DNA of 32,000 nucleotides from Candidatus Saccharimonas aalborgensis (GCF_000392435.1 NC_021219.1:540001-572000); one strand, 5' to 3'. Shown: positions 1-8,389, numbered from the stretch's first letter. A program made the numbers and translations. The notes: generated by a model not told the origin, from the sequence alone.

Positions 1-2073
1 CTCACTGCGTCCTTCAGAAATTGCACCAGCCAGGACATTGTCTTTGTGACCAATTCCGGTCGCATACTCATTGAGTGACCTGCCGTCAATAGCGCGGACC
101 TGACCGCTAAAGATTGGCTTACCGTCAGCATCGCGGCGAATCACGCCGTGCTCGTCGCGCTGGTGGACTTGGCCATTGCTGAGTAGTTCGTCATTGATTT
201 GGTTCTTGAGTCGGTGTTCGGCCTGAGATTTTCGGATAGCGGTGAGAGAGATTCCCTCGGCTGTCTCAAAGGCAGTGGCTGCGAGTTGCTGCATCGCAGG
301 GGTGGCAATAGGTGCGTGGCCCACGCGCAGCTCATCGTAGGCCGCTTCAATTTGTTCGCCGGCAAGTTTGGCCCGATCGCCCGCCAAGCGGACACTCAGT
401 TCCTTTTCAAGCTCTGATGCGTCTGTTTTTATCTTGACGTGCCAGTTTTCGTCCAAACTATGCTGGATACGCTGTTTATCCCGTTCAGTTTGGCGAGTGG
501 CGGTATCAATGCGTCGACCTTCCATCGAGTCGTTAAAGAGGTTGTCATAGGTAGATTCGTTTACTTTTTTCCATGCTTCACGACGACGACGGTTATAGTT
601 GACGTTACGTGTGGTACGATTTGCCCAGTTGTTACGACCCTTGCCGGCGAGTACGCGGGCTTTTTCTTGCTCGGCCCGCTCCTTTGCCCAGTTGCGAGTA
701 CGATCCATAATGCCAGCTTTTGGATTATTGACCATACCGGCAATGCGCCCAAGGAGTGATCCGCTAAACTTAATGAGCATTGGTGTAATAGCAACCGGTG
801 CTATCTGAACGGCCATACCGAGGATAATGAGGTTAAATGAGTCGGCGTTTTGTATGATGGCCATGCCGGCAAGTTGTGAGCCACCAAATATGACGGCAAA
901 TATCGGGAACATCAGGAGCATTGTAGTGAGTAGCTCGCGCCATTTTGTGAAGTATTTTTCGGTATTTGGGAGGATGTAGGCGACAAATGCTAGCGGTGAG
1001 ACGATGATGAGAACAGTGATGAGTGCCTGTCGAGCTGCCATTACCAGGAGTGCGACGAGAACAGCCATCAATATCCCAACCAGGATCGGTATCAAGAGGT
1101 AGAGGGCGCCAGGGAGTGAACCGCCGAGGACGACAAACTTAGCGTAGAGTCCCAAGGCAGTGACCGCTGTTCCTCCTGAGAGGACAGCACTTGCAACACT
1201 TGACCAGCTGAGTGCAGTGATGTTGCCATAGTTTTCGGTAGTGCTCATGGCGTTGAAAATACCAAGGAACATATCGTGAATCGCATAGCCAAGATAATTT
1301 GAAACGTCTACTGCCAGTGCGCAGATCCAGTATGAGATGTTTACGAGAACGGCGGTGATAATGAGGCGAGGCAACATTTTTTTGATACCGTAGTTGCTGA
1401 TACCGACATTTGATATCTGAGAGTAAATAACAACCAGAAATGCGACGACGAAGAGAGCGTTGGCGATATCTCGTACGATTACCCACATCCTGTAGAGAGA
1501 GTTAGTAGTCGAGGTTTGGACTGGGCGGACGGTGAGAAATGACGACAACGCGTTATAGAGGTGGTCCATGCCGCTTGCTAAGAAATTGACGATCGGACAG
1601 ATAAACCAACCCAGGCCATTAGTGACTGATCCACTACAGGTGCTGGGGGTGGGAGAACTGGTGTTGTTTGTAATGCCGTTGACGATAGCAACGGCGACAG
1701 GTGGTGAAGGATTGCTATACTGGCCAGAATTGAAATCATACACAATGTACTGTGCGCTCGTTGCCTTGGTGGGATCTTGAGCTGTGTCAATGATAATCGC
1801 CTCACGTTTGTTGGTTTGAGGATTTTGGAATTCAAAGACGTGCGTTCCGACCGGTAATTGGCGGCTATCACCAGCTTGAATATCGGCAGTTTGGGTGAAA
1901 CTGCCGTTATTGTAGGTGATGGTGTTTCCGTTACGGACCGCATCGGCGGCGCTAACAGGGGCACTAAGCAAGAGATTGCAGGAAAAAACAGCCACAAGGA
2001 GACTTGTGACAATCAACACTAAATTCCGCAGGTGTATTCTACCGTGCGGGAGGATGGTGCGCAGTTCCCACAT
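1..2073 (-). CDS. Large polytopic membrane protein, VirB6/TrbL-like, 3' end beyond the left edge
   Basis: Manual reverse-strand reading is open from ATG (2073) to base 1 without a stop: MWELRTILPHGRIHLRNLVLIVTSLLVAVFSCNLLL..., secreted/ecto segment, about 6 hydrophobic helices (e.g. LIPILVGILMAVLVALLVMAARQALITVLIIVSPLAFVAYILPNTEKYFTKWRELL), then a long charged cytosolic domain. Divergent from the VirB2-like operon. Missing from the ORF track. Confidence 0.75.
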   Translation of the reverse strand, partial: MWELRTILPHGRIHLRNLVLIVTSLLVAVFSCNLLLSAPVSAADAVRNGNTITYNNGSFTQTADIQAGDSRQLPVGTHVFEFQNPQTNKREAIIIDTAQDPTKATSAQYIVYDFNSGQYSNPSPPVAVAIVNGITNNTSSPTPSTCSGSVTNGLGWFICPIVNFLASGMDHLYNALSSFLTVRPVQTSTTNSLYRMWVIVRDIANALFVVAFLVVIYSQISNVGISNYGIKKMLPRLIITAVLVNISYWICALAVDVSNYLGYAIHDMFLGIFNAMSTTENYGNITALSWSSVASAVLSGGTAVTALGLYAKFVVLGGSLPGALYLLIPILVGILMAVLVALLVMAARQALITVLIIVSPLAFVAYILPNTEKYFTKWRELLTTMLLMFPIFAVIFGGSQLAGMAIIQNADSFNLIILGMAVQIAPVAITPMLIKFSGSLLGRIAGMVNNPKAGIMDRTRNWAKERAEQEKARVLAGKGRNNWANRTTRNVNYNRRRREAWKKVNESTYDNLFNDSMEGRRIDTATRQTERDKQRIQHSLDENWHVKIKTDASELEKELSVRLAGDRAKLAGEQIEAAYDELRVGHAPIATPAMQQLAATAFETAEGISLTAIRKSQAEHRLKNQINDELLSNGQVHQRDEHGVIRRDADGKPIFSGQVRAIDGRSLNEYATGIGHKDNVLAGAISEGRSE

Positions 2074-2180
2074 AACCGTATTTATACTACCATTTTTAGG
2101 ATAAAAAGTCAATGCTTTTGGGGAGATAGCAGTTTGTTTTTTTGAGAGAGATGTGTACACTGAAATCCAGAGGATAAATT

Positions 2181-2534
2181 ATGCGGCGATATATAGCGTT
2201 TACTGGTTTCGGTCTAGCCCTTATGGCTCTCGTGCTGTTTTCGACTGAAAATGCTTCAGCGGCTGCACAGTGTTCCATTTTGCCTCAGTCTGTCTGTGAC
2301 GGTGGAGTGATGGGCCTGATAAAGTTCGCATTGCAGATTTTGACGGCAGGTGTCGGTATTGTGGCGGTGGGCACGGTTATTTTTGCTGGTATTCTCTACA
2401 CCAGTGCTGGAGATAATGCAAACCAAGTGAGCCAGGCAAAAACGCTGATCACCAACGTCATTATCGGGGTGATTTCTTATGGTCTGATGGCCCTCATTCT
2501 CAACTTCTTAATTCCCGGAGGAGTATTCGGATGA
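2181..2534 (+). CDS. VirB2/TrbC-pilin-like protein, paralog 1
   Basis: Signal peptide, then two TM helices with TAGVGIVAVGTVIFAGILYTSAGDNANQVSQAKTLITNVIIGVISYGLMALILNF; RBS-like agagga upstream. Confidence 0.75.
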   Translation: MRRYIAFTGFGLALMALVLFSTENASAAAQCSILPQSVCDGGVMGLIKFALQILTAGVGIVAVGTVIFAGILYTSAGDNANQVSQAKTLITNVIIGVISYGLMALILNFLIPGGVFG

Positions 2535-2953
2535 TACGTTCTATCTATCTCGCGCTGAGCCTTATCGTTGTCTCTATCACAACATCATTTATGATTGCAT
2601 CAACTCCCGTAAGTGCTGCCTGCAGCCCCGATACATTGCTTGGGGTCCCAGCGTGGTACCGAAACCTACAAAATGGTGATTGTAGTATCAAGTTCCCCGG
2701 AAACGCCGACGGTGATATGTCGCGCTTTATCTGGATGATAGTGCTCAATATCCTCCAGGCGGCACTCGTCGTTGTGGCGTATATTGCGATATTCTTCATC
2801 ATAAAGGGCGGCTTCATGTATATTACTAGCGCAGGCTCAACCGATGGTATGGCAAGCGCAAAAAAAACAATCACCAATGCAATCATTGGTTTGATCATCT
2901 GTATTGCTGCCGCGTCAATCGTTAATGCAATCGCGGGGCTCATAAAGGGATAA
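2531..2953 (+). CDS. VirB2/TrbC-pilin-like protein, paralog 2
   Basis: 4-bp overlap with previous gene; IIKGGFMYITSAGSTDGMASAKKTITNAIIGLIICIAAASIVNAIAGLI. Confidence 0.7.
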   Translation: MIRSIYLALSLIVVSITTSFMIASTPVSAACSPDTLLGVPAWYRNLQNGDCSIKFPGNADGDMSRFIWMIVLNILQAALVVVAYIAIFFIIKGGFMYITSAGSTDGMASAKKTITNAIIGLIICIAAASIVNAIAGLIKG

Positions 2954-2955
2954 CT

Positions 2956-3240
2956 ATGAATACACTATTTGCAGCGGTCTTTAATTCTACCAGTGAAATT
3001 GGCTTCAAGGGTCCAACCAAGTCGATAGACGTCAAAAACGATATCCTCTACCCTGTCTATTTTTGGGCAGGCATTGTCGCAGTTATCGTCATTATTATTG
3101 CTGGTTTCTTCTACGTCACTTCTCAAGGAGAGGCGCAAAATGTTGTGCGAGCAAAAAATGCTATCCTCAGTGCAATTATTGGCCTTGCTATCATTATGGG
3201 TGCGTTTGTCATCACTAAGTTTGTCGTAGGAGGACTTTAG
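2956..3240 (+). CDS. VirB2/TrbC-pilin-like protein, paralog 3
   Basis: IVIIIAGFFYVTSQGEAQNVVRAKNAILSAIIGLAIIMGAFVITKFVVGG; 2-nt spacing from previous gene. Confidence 0.7.
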   Translation: MNTLFAAVFNSTSEIGFKGPTKSIDVKNDILYPVYFWAGIVAVIVIIIAGFFYVTSQGEAQNVVRAKNAILSAIIGLAIIMGAFVITKFVVGGL

Positions 3241-3243
3241 GAG

Positions 3244-3642
3244 ATGATGAGGACTCTTCGACGTATAGTCACTGGGGTGGCAATGATTGCAGGAATACTC
3301 ATCGTTGTACCGACAGCGGGGGCTCTCGATCTCTCACCCATATGTTCAGACCCAAATATTCCCGCGGAACAAAAGGCTGGCTGTAGTGTAGTGGGTGAAA
3401 ACAAGCTCGGTCAAAACGGTAATGCATCTCTCGTTATGAATGGGATCAGAACTGCTTTGATAGCATTGGGCTCGATCGCTGTCCTTATGATCGTTATCGG
3501 GGGCTTTAAGTATGTCACGTCACAAGGCGATCCGAATCATATCAAGGCAGCAAAAGACACTATTCTCTACTCTGTGATTGGGTTGATCGTGGCGATTCTT
3601 TCGTTTGCAGTTGTTCAGGCAGTAGCAAGTAGGTTTAGTTAA
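3244..3642 (+). CDS. VirB2/TrbC-pilin-like protein, paralog 4
   Basis: Signal peptide, Cys-containing ectosegment CSDPNIPAEQKAGCSVV, then VLMIVIGGFKYVTSQGDPNHIKAAKDTILYSVIGLIVAILSFAVVQAV. Confidence 0.8.
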   Translation: MMRTLRRIVTGVAMIAGILIVVPTAGALDLSPICSDPNIPAEQKAGCSVVGENKLGQNGNASLVMNGIRTALIALGSIAVLMIVIGGFKYVTSQGDPNHIKAAKDTILYSVIGLIVAILSFAVVQAVASRFS

Positions 3643-3665
3643 TAGTAATAAGGAGTTACAAAAAA

Positions 3666-4043
3666 ATGAAGAAAGTCGTTCAAGCTACCAGCATCATCGC
3701 TCTAGTAGTGGGAATAGGTTTAGTTGTTGGATCGACAACGTTTGCCGCTGACTGTACATCCGCCGCGACGTGTATCGGGACGGGTGCAAACACGGCGGGC
3801 GGTAGTGGACAGAATGGTGATCTTGGTGGACTCATCAAGACAGTTGTTAATACCCTGTTGTATGTACTTGGTGCTGCCGCAGTCCTTATGATTGTCATTG
3901 GTGGTATTCGCTATGTTACCTCGCAGGGCGATCCAGCGCACATTAAATCGGCAAAAGACACCATTCTCTACTCTGTTATTGGGTTGATTGTTGCCATTCT
4001 CGCCTACGCGCTTGTCAATTTTGTCGTGACAAATGTGAAATAG
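3666..4043 (+). CDS. VirB2/TrbC-pilin-like protein, paralog 5
   Basis: Signal peptide, CTSAATC segment, then VLMIVIGGIRYVTSQGDPAHIKSAKDTILYSVIGLIVAILAYALVNFVVTNV. Confidence 0.8.
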   Translation: MKKVVQATSIIALVVGIGLVVGSTTFAADCTSAATCIGTGANTAGGSGQNGDLGGLIKTVVNTLLYVLGAAAVLMIVIGGIRYVTSQGDPAHIKSAKDTILYSVIGLIVAILAYALVNFVVTNVK

Positions 4044-4125
4044 TATTTAACACGCTATTAACATTTGCCTGCAAGTTTGTTATATATAGAAGCAAGAGTA
4101 TATTCCAATAATGAAAGGATATTTC

Positions 4126-4551
4126 ATGAAGTTATCTATCAAACAGCATCTCCTAGGGCTCTTAGCAGTACCCGCCCTTGTGTTGAGTGTGAGCTCGGCT
4201 CCGGTATTCGCAGCCAATAATATCTCACTGAGCCAAGGTGCTGGCTCTGCAAAGGGTGATGACCAAACATCCTGTCTCTTTGGAACAGAGGCGGGCTGTA
4301 GTGGTCAGACCCCGCTCTTCAAAACGATTACCAACGTTCTCCTGTTTATCATTGGTGCTGTATCGGTGATTATGCTGATCATTGGCGGTATTCGTTACAC
4401 TGTCTCTCAGGGTGATAGCACAGCAATCCAAAATGCCAAAAATACGATCTTGTATGCGATCGTCGGTATCGTTGTCGCCATACTTGCCTTTGCCCTTGTC
4501 AACTTTGTCATTAGTAACTTCGCATCGGCCAACAACAGTACGACCCCATAA
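4126..4551 (+). CDS. VirB2/TrbC-pilin-like protein, paralog 6
   Basis: MKLSIKQHLLGLLAVPALVLSVSSAPVFA signal peptide, aaagga RBS before ATG 4126 (the track start at 4111 is less likely); IMLIIGGIRYTVSQGDSTAIQNAKNTILYAIVGIVVAILAFALVNFVISNF. Confidence 0.8.
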   Translation: MKLSIKQHLLGLLAVPALVLSVSSAPVFAANNISLSQGAGSAKGDDQTSCLFGTEAGCSGQTPLFKTITNVLLFIIGAVSVIMLIIGGIRYTVSQGDSTAIQNAKNTILYAIVGIVVAILAFALVNFVISNFASANNSTTP

Positions 4552-4575
4552 TATAAAGGCTATAAATAGTCGCTT

Positions 4576-4616
4576 AATGCAATACGCCACCCCCTACCGG
4601 AGCGGCGTATTGCATT
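4576..4616. repeat. Long perfect inverted repeat (13-bp stem, 15-nt loop)
   Basis: aatgcaatacgcc ... ggcgtattgcatt, intergenic, without a following T-run. Confidence 0.8.
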
Positions 4617-4640
4617 GCAGGCACGTATGCTCTTGGAGGG

Positions 4641-4683
4641 CTAACAAAAAACGACCTATAATATCTCGGTCGTTTTTTGTTAG
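4641..4683. terminator. Bidirectional rho-independent terminator between convergent genes
   Basis: CTAACAAAAAACGACC-tataatatctc-GGTCGTTTTTTGTTAG. Confidence 0.85.
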
Positions 4684-4691
4684 CAAGATGA

Positions 4692-5168
4692 TTACTGAAT
4701 AGTAATTTTCTTCGCCTGCTCTTGTTTCACCTTTGAAAACGTGATGCTCAGAACACCATCTTTAAGTATGGCAGCGACTTCATCCTCCTTTACGGCCACG
4801 GGAAGGGCCAATGTTCGGCTAAATTCGCCCCAATAGCATTCCTGAATGTGCCAGTTGGTTGCGTGACTATCGTCACCGCTACTCAACGTACCACTAATAG
4901 TTAAAATCCCGTCGCTGATACTGACATCCAGATCTTCCTTGTTGACGCCAGCTGTTCTTGCCTTGACGATGAGCTGTTCCTCGGTCTCGTATACATCAAC
5001 TGCTAACTGGCCAGGAAAATCATCCTCGGCTTCTCCCCAGGCAGTATCGTCACCTGAAGATTGAATTGGTGATACAGATGTCTGATCATCTGAAACGCTG
5101 TCGTCATTTAAAAATGCAGCAGCTAGTTCGTCCTCGATCAATAGATCGTCGTTTTGCTTACGTGCCAT
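4692..5168 (-). CDS. Hsp20/alpha-crystallin family small heat shock protein
   Basis: DVYETEEQLIVKARTAGVNKEDLDVSISDGILTISGTLSS...YWGEFSRTLALPVAVKEDEVAAILKDGVLSITFSKV. SD 'ggagga' precedes ATG at 5168. Confidence 0.92.
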   Translation of the reverse strand: MARKQNDDLLIEDELAAAFLNDDSVSDDQTSVSPIQSSGDDTAWGEAEDDFPGQLAVDVYETEEQLIVKARTAGVNKEDLDVSISDGILTISGTLSSGDDSHATNWHIQECYWGEFSRTLALPVAVKEDEVAAILKDGVLSITFSKVKQEQAKKITIQ

Positions 5169-5276
5169 GATATCCTCCACTTTTCTCGCTGGCTTGTTGA
5201 CAAATAGTCGAGATTTATTATAACTAATCAGCACGGTATAATCAATAAGTACACCGATGAAAACGTAAAAAATACA

Positions 5277-5957
5277 ATGCTCGATATCGTTGGAAATGTT
5301 TTAGCACCACACTACTGTTGCTCTTGCGGAGAGATTGGCACTGTTTTTTGTGATTATTGTAAATACGACATCATTTGTGACCCATTTGAGCGATGTATCA
5401 TGTGTCTCGGGCCCGTCGAGGATCGCGGAGCCCACTGCTCACGCTGCGCTGCACCGTATGTGCGTGCCTGGTGTGTTGCTGAACGTGCGGGAGCAGTTAA
5501 GGTCCTTATCGATGCATTCAAGTTTGATGGCTTGAGGGGTGCTGCAAAACCACTCGGTGAGTTTATTTCCAGTGCTCTCCCTGACCTGCCTGACAACCTT
5601 GTGATTGCCAGTGTTCCCACTGTATCTACCCACATTCGTCAACGCGGTTATGATCATGCTGCCCTCATAGCACGAGAAGTGGCACGGCAGCGTGGCGTAA
5701 AATACCAGGCTCTCTTGAAACGGCGAACCACGACAGTTCAGCAAGGGGCACGCAGGAAAGAGCGACTAAAACAAGCGGAGGGGGCGTTTGAGGCTGTTCG
5801 CCGTATTGATGGTGGCACAGTTCTTATCATTGACGACATCTTTACAACTGGCGCAACGCTACACTACGCGGCAACAACACTTTTGGCTGCTGGTGCCAGA
5901 GAGGTATGGGTGGCGGTGGCTGCTCGTCAACCACTCGACGACCCCGTTTCTCTCTGA
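5277..5957 (+). CDS. comF: ComF family phosphoribosyltransferase
   Basis: N-terminal CCSC/CDYC zinc-type cysteines, KFDGLRG and PRPP motif GTVLIIDDIFTTGATL. Confidence 0.85.
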   Translation: MLDIVGNVLAPHYCCSCGEIGTVFCDYCKYDIICDPFERCIMCLGPVEDRGAHCSRCAAPYVRAWCVAERAGAVKVLIDAFKFDGLRGAAKPLGEFISSALPDLPDNLVIASVPTVSTHIRQRGYDHAALIAREVARQRGVKYQALLKRRTTTVQQGARRKERLKQAEGAFEAVRRIDGGTVLIIDDIFTTGATLHYAATTLLAAGAREVWVAVAARQPLDDPVSL

Positions 5958-5974
5958 TATAGTAAGCATACTAT

Positions 5975-6062
5975 GGAGAGGTGACCGAGTGGTTGATGGT
6001 AACGGTCTTGAAAACCGTCGTGGGGCAACTCACCGCGAGTTCGAATCTCGCCCTCTCCGCCA
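5975..6062 (+). tRNA. tRNA-Ser (anticodon UGA), CCA encoded
   Basis: GGAGAGG acceptor pairs CCTCTCC; long variable arm; T-arm GTTCGAATC; loop cTTGAAAa. Confidence 0.95.
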
Positions 6063-6100
6063 GAGAAAAGACACCCGAACGGGTGTTTTTTCTCTGGCGG
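6057..6100 (+). terminator. Terminator hairpin overlapping the tRNA-Ser(UGA) CCA end
   Basis: CCGCCAGAGAAAAgACACCC-gaac-GGGTGTtTTTTCTCTGGCGG, 20-bp stem with one G-U. Confidence 0.85.
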
Positions 6101-6231
6101 AATAGGCGCTTAGATTTGAACTCGCGGGCGCGGCGTTAGCCGCGCAAACCGCGATTTCGTGAAGCGACGCGCAGCAAAACTTGCTTGCTTGTTTTGCAAG
6201 CGAGCGGAAATAGGGATCATAAGTGACCGCT

Positions 6232-6249
6232 ATCTCGCCCTCTCCGCCA
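6232..6249 (+). repeat. 18-bp direct duplication of the tRNA-Ser(UGA) 3' end (other copy 6045..6062)
   Basis: atctcgccctctccgcca is identical at 6045..6062 and 6232..6249. Confidence 0.9.
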
Positions 6250-6285
6250 AGCAAAGTGACCCCAACGGGGTCTTTTTGTTTGGCG
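6245..6285 (+). terminator. Second terminator-like hairpin fused to the orphan tRNA 3' end
   Basis: CGCCAAGCAAAGtGACCCC-aac-GGGGTCtTTTTGTTTGGCG. Confidence 0.8.
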
Positions 6286-6326
6286 TGGTGATGCGCGAAG
6301 AATTTCACTCATGCTATACTGTGCAC

Positions 6327-6926
6327 ATGGATAGCGATCAGCGTCAGCAAGTTCAAGAACTGCCTAGCGAGGAAGTGCCAGAAGAGGTGCAGCCCATGTC
6401 CAGTGATGCCCCTGCTGAGGACGCACAACCGCTCTCACAATCCCCTGAGGCAGGTGACGAGGACGAGGAGACGCTTCTGAGATGGGAGTCACCCGAATAT
6501 GTTCAACATGAACGCCCGGTAGTGTGGTATATCATCATGACTGTCGTTGTTGCCGCACTGATGGCGGTTGCTATTTTTTGGATGAACTCAATCTCATTTG
6601 CACTGCTTATACCGGTCATGGTGGTGGCACTTCTTGTGTATGTTAGGCGACCGCCAGCCGTCGTACATTATACGCTAAGCCGTAAGGGGCTTCATGTTGA
6701 TGATCGATTGTTGCCTTACGACACATTCAAATCCTTTGGTGTTATTGTTCAAGGCGGCCATAACAGCATCATATTAACACCTCGGAAGCGATTCCAACTG
6801 GCACAAGTCCTGTATTTTCCTGAGGACGTTGGTGAACCACTCGTTGATATGCTTGCTGCTCGTCTGCCAATGAAGGAAGTAAAACCAGACCTCTACGACA
6901 GAATTACCTCTAAACTTCGTATTTAA
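6327..6926 (+). CDS. Membrane protein of unknown function with acidic N-terminal tail and two TM helices
   Basis: MDSDQRQQVQELPSEEVPEEV...VVWYIIMTVVVAALMAVAIFW..FALLIPVMVVALLVYV...YTLSRKGLHVDDRLLPYDTFKSFGV; TATACT is exactly 6 nt upstream of ATG 6327. Confidence 0.7.
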   Translation: MDSDQRQQVQELPSEEVPEEVQPMSSDAPAEDAQPLSQSPEAGDEDEETLLRWESPEYVQHERPVVWYIIMTVVVAALMAVAIFWMNSISFALLIPVMVVALLVYVRRPPAVVHYTLSRKGLHVDDRLLPYDTFKSFGVIVQGGHNSIILTPRKRFQLAQVLYFPEDVGEPLVDMLAARLPMKEVKPDLYDRITSKLRI

Positions 6927-6928
6927 AG

Positions 6929-6950
6929 CAGCCCCCTAAGGAGGGGGCTG
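6929..6950. terminator. Hairpin between convergent genes (probable terminator)
   Basis: cagccccct-aagg-agggggctg. Confidence 0.6.
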
Positions 6951-6976
6951 AGATAGGATCTACCCTGTAAGTTCTC

Positions 6977-7360
6977 TTACGAGCCGTAGATGGTAGAGTA
7001 GTTTCCGTTGGTACGATACATGCGTGCTCCAGCGATTTGGGCATACATATCGTATGGCTGTAGGTTATCAACGTTAAAGGACGCGATTGGACCACAAGAG
7101 ATGGCTGCCCGTATACCGGGCCATACCTCATCTGCTCTTCTTAATCGCACTTCAACACAATAGCCGTCGGTCTTTATATCCTGCACCTCGCCATAAACGC
7201 GGTGTCCAGGAATATCAAGTCGGAAGCCTATCCACGCCCTCCCCCAGGTTGTGTACTTCCACTGGTAGTCGACAGCGTGGGCCACATTAAATGGCATGCC
7301 GCTGAGTGAAACCATAACAGCAGCACAGATCGCCACTAGCACTCTTTTTATACTAGTCAT
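6977..7360 (-). CDS. Small secreted protein of unknown function
   Basis: Signal peptide MTSIKRVLVAICAAVMVSLSGMPFNVAHA; preceded by strong SD aaggaggtg. Confidence 0.7.
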   Translation of the reverse strand: MTSIKRVLVAICAAVMVSLSGMPFNVAHAVDYQWKYTTWGRAWIGFRLDIPGHRVYGEVQDIKTDGYCVEVRLRRADEVWPGIRAAISCGPIASFNVDNLQPYDMYAQIAGARMYRTNGNYSTIYGS

Positions 7361-7482
7361 ATCACCTCCTTATTATTGTGATATCTCTACTATATGTCGT
7401 TTGTTCTACAACAGCAAGGATACTTTTAAGTATATGATATCTTGTACTGACCTCTTAAATATGCTACTATATGCGAACGTAT

Positions 7483-7559
7483 GCACCCGTAGCTCAGCTG
7501 GATAGAGCGTTGGCTTGCGGAGCCAAAGGTCGCACGTTCGAATCGTACCGGGTGTACCA
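7483..7559 (+). tRNA. tRNA-Arg (anticodon GCG), CCA encoded
   Basis: GCACCCG acceptor; TTGGC-TTGCGGA-GCCAA anticodon arm; T-arm GTTCGAATC. Confidence 0.93.
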
Positions 7560-7596
7560 TAGAAAAATCCCATGGCTTCATGGGGTTTTTCTATGG
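7557..7596 (+). terminator. Terminator hairpin starting at the CCA of tRNA-Arg
   Basis: CCATAGAAAAAtCCCATG-gctt-CATGGGGTTTTTCTATGG; continuous stem with one T-G. Confidence 0.85.
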
Positions 7597-7655
7597 GTGC
7601 TGGCAGATTGCGAGGCGAATTGCAGGCTACTAGCATAAGTGATATCATCAAAGTG

Positions 7656-8381
7656 ATGAAAAATCTATTCTTGGTGCGAATTCGCTTATCTACCTATTTT
7701 ATCTTTATTTTTATCTCGATGACCGTTGTGTCGCTATTTTTACCGAAAGCAAAGTTTGATTCGGCAGCTCTCACCCTATTCTCCGTTAACTCGTTTTTGT
7801 ATGGGTTTTATATCGCGCCAATCCTTAGTGCTCAGAAAACTCGTATTGAGGAAATGCATAAGATAGTTCGCGCCGAAGCCAACGCGGTTTTTGCACTTAT
7901 GATTGCCGTAAAGCGTTTGCCAGATGGAGCGAGAGAACGGCTCGGTGTACTAGTAAGAGAGTATTTATCGTTGTGTATAAGACAACGAAAAGCTGCTGAG
8001 GGTGAGGAAAAATATGAAGAAATCATTAGCTATTGCATAGCCTATGGGGGTGAATCTCCCGAAGCGGTAGCTGATATCCTAGATAAGGTAGTCGCAAATC
8101 AAAAAAACCGTACGGATTTTTCCATGCAGATTGCGAATAAGGTATATTCCAATGAATGGATGGTGATGTTGGTACTATTTGGCGTTACTCTCTCGTTTAT
8201 ATTGCTGCTTGATACGGGCGAAAACGTCATTTTCCGTGTTCTTGCTGCCCTTGTGTCGACCGGACTTACGATGCTAGTTGTTATTCTTGTGAAGATGTCC
8301 ACCCTCACCCACAAAAAGGCGAAGCAGATTTGGGACCCGTACAAACGATTACTTGAGACAAACTTTTATCGTATTGACTAA
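7656..8381 (+). CDS. Four-TM membrane protein with central helical cytosolic segment; unknown function, DUF4239/bestrophin-like layout possible
   Basis: TM pair (YFIFIFISMTVVSLF; NSFLYGFYIAPIL), ~110-aa charged middle, TM pair (WMVMLVLFGVTLSFILLL; VLAALVSTGLTMLVVILV). Start chosen at MKNLFLVRIRL. Confidence 0.5.
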   Translation: MKNLFLVRIRLSTYFIFIFISMTVVSLFLPKAKFDSAALTLFSVNSFLYGFYIAPILSAQKTRIEEMHKIVRAEANAVFALMIAVKRLPDGARERLGVLVREYLSLCIRQRKAAEGEEKYEEIISYCIAYGGESPEAVADILDKVVANQKNRTDFSMQIANKVYSNEWMVMLVLFGVTLSFILLLDTGENVIFRVLAALVSTGLTMLVVILVKMSTLTHKKAKQIWDPYKRLLETNFYRID

Positions 8382-8389
8382 GCACACAT

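Noticed and set aside
5788-6308. ORFs 5788..6105 (+) and 6030..6308 (-) crossing the tRNA-Ser region
   Set aside because: They are translations through comF, the tRNA and the terminators; the GRDSNSR-type peptide is a classic artefact of antisense tRNA T-arm reading.
6159-6326. N-terminal 56 residues of the 6159..6926 track ORF (MKRRAAKLACLFCK...)
   Set aside because: Overlaps the duplicated tRNA end and a terminator-like hairpin; the promoter-like TATACT places the start at 6327.
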